Part shown: positions 49,396-57,310 of the stretch, piece after piece
Numbering within the stretch: the stretch's first letter is position 1
Layout of the letters: each line of letters opens with the position of its first letter
Source of the DNA: an uncultured Holophagae bacterium
GTDB lineage: Bacteria; Acidobacteriota; Thermoanaerobaculia; Thermoanaerobaculales; Sulfomarinibacteraceae
Assembly (NCBI GenBank): GCA_963714385.1
Contig: CAVQOJ010000003.1
Location: 263,720 to 327,719 of the forward strand
DNA length: 64,000 bases
Reading direction: 5' to 3'
The notes under the pieces: model-generated
The model's input: the letters and a program-made list of their open reading frames with translations, nothing else
What the model was told of the DNA's origin: nothing
The model's database searches: none
Program-made: the position numbers and the translations under genes

Positions 49396-51689
49396 CTACC
49401 TGGCAAATCGTGCCAGATTCCGCCAGAAGGCGAGATTCGCCGGCGGATCCTGGGTCGCGCCGAGCATGCCGAGGTCCGCCAGCACCACCACGGTGCCGGC
49501 GCCGTGCTGCACCACCGTCGCGGCGATTTCACCGTCGATTTCGGCCAGGGACTGACCGCCGGCCGCGCTGATCGGCGAGGCCGTTGTCGGCGGCCATCCT
49601 GATAACGGACACGCCGGCGACCAGAGGGTGGTTGCCGGTTGTGAAGGCCAGGTTGGTCTGCAACACCGTCGGTTGGTAGGCGACCCCGAACCGGTCGGCG
49701 ACGTCGTTGACCTCCAGCCGGTCCTCGTTCTCGTCGTAGGTCAGGTTGAGGTACTTGAGCCGGTGGACGGTGGTCGGTGAGCACCAGCACGCCGCCATCG
49801 GCAACGTACTGCTCGATGACGTCGACCTCGGAGGGTTGCCAGCTCTCGTCATAGAGGGAGAGATCACCTCCCGCCGTCGGGTAGTCGTGGACCGGCAACA
49901 GCACCACCAGGTCGGCGTCCCCGAGCGCCTCGGCGGTGACCGGTTCGCCGTACGGGATCATGTCGACGTCAAAGCCCTCCCAGGCCAGGGTCATGCCGAA
50001 CTCGGTCAAGCCAGCCGGCGACATGTGGATGCCCTCGGTGTGACTGCCGACGAAGAGGGCCCGGCGGTCCGGTGCCGGCGTCACCTCGAGGTCGGGATCG
50101 TCGGCCGCGGTGTGGAGGGCGGCCGCCAGCATGACCGTGGCCATCTGCTCGAAAGGCTCGCCTTCGAGCTCGGCCAGATCCATGCCGTCGTAGGGATCGT
50201 GGAGGTGGTTGCCATAGTGCACCTCCGCCGGCGCGAAGGGGTTCATGAAGATCATGTTGGCGTTGGGAACGCCGTAGCCGGAGAAGCTCGAGTTGTCCGA
50301 GACCAGGCCGTGGACGTCCGCGATGCGGGTGGCGATGCCCCGGTCCGAGGCCAGATCTTGCAGGTAAGCGGGCCAGGGAATGCTCCCGTCGCCCTGGGCT
50401 TCGAAGGACCACGTCTCCAGCCAGATCTCGTTGGTGATGCCGTCGAGCGGATGGCCGAGGCAGTCCATCTGGAGCATGGCGATGGTGCGGTCGAGCAGTT
50501 GAGAGTTGTGAGCGGTGAAGTTGTAGGACCCGTAGAGCCCTCGTTCGTGGGACCCGAACCACGCCAGGATGAGGTCCACCTCGGGGATCACCCAGGCCCG
50601 GTCCAGCACCCGCGCCACCTCCAACAGTGCGGTTGATCCGCTGCCGTCGTCGAAGGCTCCGGGGGTGTTCGAGGAGTCGATGTGGGCGCCCAGGATGATC
50701 GCCCGCGATGAATCCCGGCCGGGGATGCGGGCCGCCAAGAACTGCGAATCCCCGGGGGCGAACAGGTCGACGTCCCAGGTGACCTCGACCCGATCCAGGG
50801 TCTCGAGGTCGGACCAGCCGTGAACTCCGAACGGTTCCAGGTCCTCCATCCGGAGGCTGAGCACCGGAATCTCGTACCCGACCTCGACCCACGTCGGCGC
50901 CGGAAAATCACCTGCAAAGCTGCCGTGACTTTCGCCGTTGACGTTTGAAAACCGGGTGATCATCACCACCGCTGCGGGGTTCTTTTCGATCAACACCCAG
51001 GCCCTGGTCACGGCTTCGTTGAAAGTCACGATCGACCGGTCGATCACCGCGTAGTCCAGGAGAACGACCCGGCCGGACACCCGATCGGGCGACAGTCCGT
51101 AGAGCTGATTGGCCGAACGCACCACCAGCGGCCGGCCCCTCACGACCATGGGATCGCGCCTGCGATCGTTGAGCTCGCCGTCGGAATCGATGCGCAGGGC
51201 GAGGTCGATCCAGTCCCGGTGCCCGGGCATGCCGTCGGCCGGGGCGACGAAGACCTCGCCGTTAAGTTCGATCGCGACGCTGGTCTCCCAGAACTCGACG
51301 CCGGTGAAGGTCCGGAACGGTTGCCGCCAGGTGTGCAGGCCAGAGCGCTTCAGGAACTCCATTCGGGAGAGCCTGTCCTCGACGAACGACATGGCGTCGG
51401 CCTCGCCGAGGGTGGTGGATTGGCGCCACCCGAGGTGAGGGCGAATCGCCGTCAGCTCCCCGAGGGTGTCGAGTAGGGACTGGCTCGAAAGGTACTCGAA
51501 GGGGTCTCCCTGGGCGCGGTCGCGCCCGCTCGCCCGGCGGGGAGGCACGTCCTCTGAGAGCTCGGCCGGGGTCACCGGAGCCACGGTTCGGGGGGCCATG
51601 GGTGCCCTTTCCATCTGGCCGGCGGCCGGGCCGGCGACGAGCACGGTCAACAACAGAACGATGACGCACGGCAGGGTTGATCGTCGCAT
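49396..51689 (-). pseudogene. secreted M28-family aminopeptidase interrupted by two frameshifts (or assembly indels)
   Basis: Signal peptide plus M28 core (ILGAHIDSSNTPGAFDDGSGSTALLEVARVL) in the 51689 frame down to about 49775. The middle part (TVHRLKYLNLTYDENEDRLEVNDVADRFGVAYQPTV ... AADNGLA) lies in the 49529..49867 frame. The tail (SAAGGQSLAEIDGEIAATVVQHGAGTVVVLADLGMLG ... ARFAR, stop 49396-98) lies in the third frame. The switches are near 49760..49775 and 49565..49573. Confidence 0.65.
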
Positions 51690-51803
51690 CGGACCCCCTC
51701 ATGAATGTACTGTCGGCCCTGCCCTTTGGTTTCACCCGTAGGCAGGGCACGAACGGACCCCTCGTTCATTCATGCGACAACGGTGACCCTATACCGCAGC
51801 GGG

Positions 51804-53195
51804 CTAGCTCGGCTCGTCGTCGCCTCGCTGGCCGGCGAGGGCGGCCCGCATCTCGTCGTGGAAGGCGGCGATGATGGACTGCGGGTCGGGAATCAAGCCG
51901 GCGTCGGTGGCCACACCGAGTCGAACCTGTCCGGCGTAGCTGAGGATGCTTACGCCGAGGCCGAGCCTGGCCGATTGGGGCACCCAGAACATCATGCTCC
52001 GCATCGGGACTCCGGCGAGGTAGATCGTCTCCCGGGGACCCGGGACGTTGGTCATGACGGCGGTGGCCTTGGAGCCGAAGAACTGGACGGCGGCGCTCTC
52101 CACGTCGGGGCTGGTCATGCCCAGGGCGTTGAGGATGGCGAAGGTGACCACGGCCTCGGACGAGCCCTTGATCTCATCCATTCGCTCCTTGAGCAGCCTG
52201 AGCCGCTGCCATCGGTCCGCTTCGCCCACGGGCAGCGACAGGAAGACCAGCCCGAAACGGTTGCCGAGTTTCTCCGGCTCGTCTTCGGGCCTGAGATTGA
52301 CCGGGATCACCGCCCGGATGTCGAGCCCCTCGGCCACCGAGCCCTGCCGATCGATCAGGTAGCGCCTGAGGGCGCCGGTGACGCCTGTCAGCAAGACGTC
52401 GTTGATGGTCGCCCCCTTGCTCTTGCTGAACCTCTTGACGTCCTCTAAAGGCAGCACCTCGGACCAGGCGCACCGCTTGGTGGTGACCAGCTTGCCGCGG
52501 AGCGGGGTCTGGGGATCGGCGGAGAGGGCGGCCAGGCGAGCGACAATTCCCGCAGCCTGGGCCCCGTCGCGGAGGTGCCCGGCGAGCTTGGCGGGATGGG
52601 TGAGGGTCTGGATCCCTTGCTGGATCACCGGCCCGGTGGCCCGTCGCACGGATCGGACCGTATCGTTGACCACCTCGGGCAGCCAGGTGCCGCCGCCGAG
52701 GGGCTTGCTCCGGCGACGCTGGCGCCGCGTCACCGGAGACCCGACCGGAGAGTCATCGGTCATACCCAGGAGCACCCGCACCAGAGCGATGCCGTCGGCG
52801 ATGCAGTGGTGGATTCGGCCGACCAGGGCCGAGCCGCCGCGGTAGTTCTCGATGTACTGCATCTGCCACAGCGGTTTGGAGGTGTCCAGCGGGGTGCTCA
52901 TCAGATCCGAGACCATCTCCTGGAGTTCGACCTGGCCGCCGGGGTCGGGCAAAGCGACCCGCTGCAGGTGGGAACGCAGGGCGAAGTGCTCGTCCTCGAC
53001 CCACCGCGGGTGGCCGAAGGCCGAGTGGATGCCCACCACCCGTTGCCGGAAACGGTCGTAGCAGATGAACCGGTCCTCGATCACCCCCTTGAGCTGGGCG
53101 AAGTCGAGGCGTTCCGGGAAGGTCATCACCCCGGTAATCGTCATCAGGTTGGTGCGGTCCTCCATGCGCAGCCACGCCGCGTCCACGGTGGACAT
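51804..53195 (-). CDS. wax ester synthase / diacylglycerol acyltransferase (WS/DGAT)
   Basis: Trimmed to ATG 53195 (MSTVDAAWLRMEDRTNLM). Active-site HHCIADGIA (HHxxxDG). ~463 aa, collinear with the WS/DGAT family. Confidence 0.85.
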   Translation of the reverse strand: MSTVDAAWLRMEDRTNLMTITGVMTFPERLDFAQLKGVIEDRFICYDRFRQRVVGIHSAFGHPRWVEDEHFALRSHLQRVALPDPGGQVELQEMVSDLMSTPLDTSKPLWQMQYIENYRGGSALVGRIHHCIADGIALVRVLLGMTDDSPVGSPVTRRQRRRSKPLGGGTWLPEVVNDTVRSVRRATGPVIQQGIQTLTHPAKLAGHLRDGAQAAGIVARLAALSADPQTPLRGKLVTTKRCAWSEVLPLEDVKRFSKSKGATINDVLLTGVTGALRRYLIDRQGSVAEGLDIRAVIPVNLRPEDEPEKLGNRFGLVFLSLPVGEADRWQRLRLLKERMDEIKGSSEAVVTFAILNALGMTSPDVESAAVQFFGSKATAVMTNVPGPRETIYLAGVPMRSMMFWVPQSARLGLGVSILSYAGQVRLGVATDAGLIPDPQSIIAAFHDEMRAALAGQRGDDEPS

Positions 53196-53280
53196 CGCCT
53201 CGCCTTTGCGACCCGGAAAAATGGTGGGGAGTTTCACCTTCTGGTTGATCTCCTGTGTCAGTCGATCAACTGTAGCAGAC

Positions 53281-54009
53281 TCAGGCGTAGAGCTCGAGGA
53301 AGCGTCGCATGATGGCGTCGGCTTCGAGGGTGGGTCGCAGCCGCCGGATGATCTCGAGGAAGCTCTCCCGGTCGGGGACATAGCTGTCGACGTAGACGTC
53401 GAGCCGCTCGCGCAGCCGTTCTTCGTTCATCTCGCTGTGAAACTGGGTGCCGTAGACGGGCTTGCCGGCGAGCCGGATCGCCTGGTTGGGACAGAGATCC
53501 GAGACCGCGAGGTCGACCCAGCCGGGACCGAGCGAGGACACCCGGTCCTTGTGGCCGAACTGGACGTGGAAGCCGTCGGGCAAACCGTCGAACAGGGGGT
53601 CGGCTCGACCTTTGCGGGTGAGCCGGATGGGGAGGGTCCCGATCTCGGTGCGGTCAGGGTCCTCGATGACCGTGCCGCCTCCGGCGACGGCCATGAACTG
53701 GTGACCCCAGCAGGAGCCGAAGACCGGCCGGTCACGGTGGATCAATTCGAGGAGGACCTGCCGGAGGGGCTCGGTGAAGGGGTGGTTCTCGGTGACCGAG
53801 TAGGCCCCGGCGCCTCCGATGATCACCGCGTGGGCGTCGGCCACGTCGCGCCAGAGGACCTCGGGCTCGTCGACGAGGTTGATGAACCGGAACTGGCGGC
53901 GGGCCACCCGACAACGCTCGATGAAGCAGCCCTGCTCCTGGCGCAGCGGCAATCCGTCCTCCCGCACCTGAAGCAGGACGAGCCTCAGACGGGTGCGCGG
54001 CGTCCCCAT
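53281..54009 (-). CDS. class-I glutamine amidotransferase-like protein
   Basis: Trimmed to ATG 54009. GSCWGHQFMA nucleophile-elbow motif and a C-terminal QFHSEM block typical of GATase1. Confidence 0.7.
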   Translation of the reverse strand: MGTPRTRLRLVLLQVREDGLPLRQEQGCFIERCRVARRQFRFINLVDEPEVLWRDVADAHAVIIGGAGAYSVTENHPFTEPLRQVLLELIHRDRPVFGSCWGHQFMAVAGGGTVIEDPDRTEIGTLPIRLTRKGRADPLFDGLPDGFHVQFGHKDRVSSLGPGWVDLAVSDLCPNQAIRLAGKPVYGTQFHSEMNEERLRERLDVYVDSYVPDRESFLEIIRRLRPTLEADAIMRRFLELYA

Positions 54010-54152
54010 CAGCCCTTCGCCCCTGGTGGAGAGGAAACGACCGAATCGCGGCGATGACCGTTGTGCAAACTCATCAGCTCCCAATGACCAACGGCCGTCA
54101 CCCCCCGATTATTCACCGCCGCTCCGACCAGCCGTCCGAAACGAACCGTCTT

Positions 54153-54193
54153 CGTTTTCGAATTCGGTTTTCCGAATTCCGAATTCCGAATTT
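54153..54193. repeat. period-7 array CGTTTTC GAATTC GGTTTTC CGAATTC CGAATTC CGAATTT
   Basis: 54166..54193 is near-identical to 37689..37723 and to the reverse complement of 13720..13754. Lies between the gloB stop and the GATase start. Confidence 0.9.
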
Positions 54194-54225
54194 CCTCGTG
54201 CCGGCCAATCTCGGCCATACCCCGA

Positions 54226-55002
54226 TCACCCCCGCCACCCATCCTTCCAAGCTCGGATGGTGGCGAACACATCCACAGGGTCGGCCATGGCTCGCCCGGC
54301 GTGCCGTTCGGCGGCGGCGATCACGTCAGGCTCGGCGCAGCGCAGGAACGGATTTGTACCGAGCTCGTCAGCCATGGTGGAGGGCACCGTCGCGAGGCCG
54401 CGGCCGCGCAGCTCCCGGACCCGATCCCGGCGTGCGGCCAGCGCGGCGTTGCCGGGCTCCACCATCGCGGCGAATCGGAGGTTCGCCTCGGTGTACTCGT
54501 GCGCGCAGTAGATCCGGGTGCCCGAAGGCAGGGCAGCCAGGCGAGCCAGCGAACCGACCATCTGGGCGGGGGTGCCCTCGAAGACCCTGCCGCACCCTCC
54601 CGCGAACAAGGTGTCGCCGCAGAGAACGAAGCCGTCCCCAGCGAAAGCTATGTGGCCGGCGGTGTGGCCCGGAACGTCGAGCACCTCGAGTGCGACGCCC
54701 ACTGCGGAAAACTCCAACCGGTCACCGCCGTTCACGGGGCGGTCGACCCCGGCGATCGCTTCTCCCGCCGGACCGTGTACCGGGGCTCTCCGGTCCTCGA
54801 CCAGGCTCGCCACGCCACCGACGTGGTCCGAGTGGTGATGGGTCAATAAAACGGCGGCAACCGTCAAGCCCCGGCCCGCCAGCTCCGCCGCCACTGGGGG
54901 ACCGCTGCCGGGATCCACCACCACGACGTCCGGGGAGGTTGGGGACTGGAGGATCCACACGTAGTTATCGCCGAGCACCGGGATGGGCCAAATCTCCACC
55001 AT
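54226..55002 (-). CDS. gloB: hydroxyacylglutathione hydrolase (glyoxalase II)
   Basis: Trimmed to ATG 55002 (MVEIWPIPVLGDNYVWILQ). Metallo-beta-lactamase motif THHHSDHVGG. ~258 aa. Confidence 0.85.
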   Translation of the reverse strand: MVEIWPIPVLGDNYVWILQSPTSPDVVVVDPGSGPPVAAELAGRGLTVAAVLLTHHHSDHVGGVASLVEDRRAPVHGPAGEAIAGVDRPVNGGDRLEFSAVGVALEVLDVPGHTAGHIAFAGDGFVLCGDTLFAGGCGRVFEGTPAQMVGSLARLAALPSGTRIYCAHEYTEANLRFAAMVEPGNAALAARRDRVRELRGRGLATVPSTMADELGTNPFLRCAEPDVIAAAERHAGRAMADPVDVFATIRAWKDGWRG

Positions 55003-55096
55003 GCTCCGATGTTGCCAGGACCCCAACCTCCGGTCAACGGACCGTAACTGGAGGAAACGCGAATACTGAAGGGCGCCAACGCGTTAAGATCGGGAA

Positions 55097-56077
55097 ATGG
55101 ATACTCGCTACCTGCTGGTCGCCGACCCCGTGTCAACCCTCAACCCGACCTTCGACCTCGGCGTGTGCGTCGCCGCGGAGTTGATCCGCCGGGGCATCAC
55201 GGTCGATTACCTCGACCTGCTCGCCAGCGACGTCTCCCTCGCCAGCAATGACTACCTGTCGAACCTCCCGGTGCGCCGAATCCTGTCCTCGGATGCAGGC
55301 CGTGATCCGTTCTGGGTGCTGGCCGAGGAGCGCGTGGCGAGGGTCGGTGAGTACCGGGTCATCCTGCAGCGCAAGGACCCCCCGGTCGACGAGCGGTTCG
55401 TGGCCTTCAGCCGGCACTTCGAGCAAGTCCCCGAGGACATCGTCCAGATCAACCGGCCGCCGGCCACCTACGGTCTCTCCGAGCACACCGTCATCGATCG
55501 TTATCCCGACTACGCCGCCCCGACTGAGGTGGCGACGAGCTTCGAGGAGCTGGCGGCGGCCGTCCGGTCGATGCCCGGCGAGGTGGTTCTGAAGCCGAAG
55601 AGCACCTACTGCGGAATCGGCGTGACCTTCGTCTCCAACCGCGCGGCGGCCGCCGAGCTGCGCGAGTTCTGGGAGGCCTGGCGCCCGGAGGTGATCGTCC
55701 AGCAGTATCTCGAAGCCATCGAGGCCAGTGGAGACCTGCGGATTCTGACCATCAACGACCGCATCCTCGGCTCCGTCCTCCGGGTTCCTGCGCCAGGGTC
55801 TCGGTTGGCCAATCTCCACCAGGGGGCGTCGGCGGCGAGGTTGGAGCCGACCCCGCGGCAGATCGAAGCGTGTCACGCGGTGGCTGCCGACCTGAACCCC
55901 ATGGGGCTTCACCTGCTGGGGCTCGACTTCATCGGGGAGCACCTCACCGAGGTCAACTTCACCTCGCCGACCACGATCGTCCAGATCAACCAGGTCAACC
56001 AAATCCGGGCGGACGTGGAGCTGGTGGACGAGCTCGAACGGATGTGGCGGGCACGCGCCGGCGGCTCGAGTGTCTGA
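55097..56077 (+). CDS. gshB: glutathione synthetase (prokaryotic ATP-grasp type)
   Basis: 326 aa. Collinear with GshB (VILQRKDPPVD, GDLRILTINDR, GLDFIGEHLTEVNFTSPT). Divergent from gloB. Confidence 0.75.
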   Translation: MDTRYLLVADPVSTLNPTFDLGVCVAAELIRRGITVDYLDLLASDVSLASNDYLSNLPVRRILSSDAGRDPFWVLAEERVARVGEYRVILQRKDPPVDERFVAFSRHFEQVPEDIVQINRPPATYGLSEHTVIDRYPDYAAPTEVATSFEELAAAVRSMPGEVVLKPKSTYCGIGVTFVSNRAAAAELREFWEAWRPEVIVQQYLEAIEASGDLRILTINDRILGSVLRVPAPGSRLANLHQGASAARLEPTPRQIEACHAVAADLNPMGLHLLGLDFIGEHLTEVNFTSPTTIVQINQVNQIRADVELVDELERMWRARAGGSSV

Positions 56078-56378
56078 TCGGGCGAGCCGCAACCGGGTGG
56101 TCTGCCGTGATCGTGGGGTTCCCGACGGCTGGGTCGTGGTGGCGGTCTACCACAACCCGGCGTGCCCGGGCGATGGCGCCAACGCCCTGGTCGTCAAGCG
56201 CCCCGGCCGCCGCGACGTCGTGTGGTCCGAGTCGCCCGTTCCAGACGGCTACTCGAAAACACGGTCGACCCACTCGGAGCACTTCCCGGGCGAAGGCGAC
56301 AATGCCGTCGTCATCGAGCGGAAAATCGAGAATGAAAAATGGAAAATGAAAAAACCGAGATCGCCGCGGGAGAGTTGA
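56070..56378 (+). CDS. small hypothetical protein with an internal duplication
   Basis: GTG 56070 overlaps the gshB stop. Two ~30-aa repeats (VPDGWVVVAVYHNPACPGDGANALVVKRP and VPDGYSKTRSTHSEHFPGEGDNAVVIER). The last ~15 codons run through the heptad array at 56320..56354. Confidence 0.4.
   Translation: MSDRASRNRVVCRDRGVPDGWVVVAVYHNPACPGDGANALVVKRPGRRDVVWSESPVPDGYSKTRSTHSEHFPGEGDNAVVIERKIENEKWKMKKPRSPRES
56320..56354. repeat. period-7 array GGAAAAT CGAGAAT GAAAAAT GGAAAAT GAAAAAA
   Basis: Five units in register. Related to the reverse complement of the AATTTTC array at 2463..2497. Confidence 0.85.
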
Positions 56379-56465
56379 CTCTCAGCTATGCCCCAGGTTG
56401 ATACGAGGGACCGGAACGAGCCGCTAGTCAGCGACGGTAAGGCTGGCTCAAAAGAAACAAAATCA

Positions 56466-56509
56466 CTTCGAAAAGCGGGGTAGGGAGGGAAGGGGGCAGC
56501 TTTTCGAAG
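56466..56509. repeat. hairpin with a G-quadruplex motif in its loop
   Basis: Arms CTTCGAAAAGC (56466-76) and GCTTTTCGAAG (56499-509), 11 bp perfect. The loop GGGGTAGGGAGGGAAGGGGGCA carries four G tracts. An extra right-arm copy CGCTTTTCGAAGCG lies at 56554-67. A second copy of the element starts at 63967. Confidence 0.8.
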
Positions 56510-56567
56510 AGACAATCGCCACCGTTCTTGTCAGCAATGACGAACCGGGGGACCGCTTTTCGAAGCG

Positions 56568-57290
56568 TTAATCGCCGGCGCTGGCTCTGGCGGGGAGGTT
56601 CCTGTCGACGAACATCTCCAGCCGCAGCCGGTCAGAGCCCTCGAACGAAACGAAGCGGACCCCCACGCCGTGCACCATCTCGCGCCGGGGATCGGTGGTC
56701 CTGGTGATCTCGGCGGAGCCGCGGATCGCGTTGGGTTCGTCCGGCACCACGATCTCGAACTCGAGGGTGGTCCCGATCGGGAACTGGGTGACCCCCCGAA
56801 GCAGCATGCCCGACGCCGACAGGTTTTCGATCTGGGCCATCAGGCGGAGCGGGCGCCCGTCGGCGAAGAGCTGAACTCGGGCAGGCATGCGCACCGACAC
56901 GCGCGGCGCCGGACGGGCGAGCTCCTCGACGGCGGACAGGATCTTGCTTTCCAGCTCCCGATCCAGGACGACCCGGTTCGCCCCCTTGCCGATCAGCGTC
57001 GAAGCCGCGTCGGAATGCTCGCCCTCGGTGATCAGCAGCAGGCCGGCACGGCGGCAGGCGGCGCCAGGGGCCCGGGCGGTGTCCAAAAACCTGTTCAGCG
57101 CGGCCTTCGACACCGGATAGCCGATGATGATGACGTCGAACGACGTGCCCTGGACCAGCTCGAGAGTGGTGCGGTCCCATCGCGCGTAATGCAAATCGAC
57201 CCGCGCCGTGCGCAGCAGCTCGGTCACCCGGCGGTGGGTGGCGTCGTCCACCCGGGTCAAAAGAACCTGTTTCTTGCTTCCAGCCGACAT
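56568..57290 (-). CDS. PilZ-domain protein with receiver-like N-terminal domain
   Basis: 240 aa. C-terminal RVSVRMPARVQLF ... IENLSASGMLL ... GVGVRFVSF matches the PilZ RxxxR / D.S.GG pattern. The N-terminal half is receiver-like. Confidence 0.7.
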   Translation of the reverse strand: MSAGSKKQVLLTRVDDATHRRVTELLRTARVDLHYARWDRTTLELVQGTSFDVIIIGYPVSKAALNRFLDTARAPGAACRRAGLLLITEGEHSDAASTLIGKGANRVVLDRELESKILSAVEELARPAPRVSVRMPARVQLFADGRPLRLMAQIENLSASGMLLRGVTQFPIGTTLEFEIVVPDEPNAIRGSAEITRTTDPRREMVHGVGVRFVSFEGSDRLRLEMFVDRNLPARASAGD

Positions 57291-57310
57291 CCCCAGAGAT
57301 TATACCGACT

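Noticed and set aside
51699-51769. Nested inverted repeats (CATGAATG..CATTCATG and GCCCTGCC..GGCAGGGC) downstream of the WS/DGAT gene, considered as a terminator.
   Set aside because: The stems are short (8 bp), the loop is long and no T-run follows on the relevant strand. This is too weak to call as a feature.
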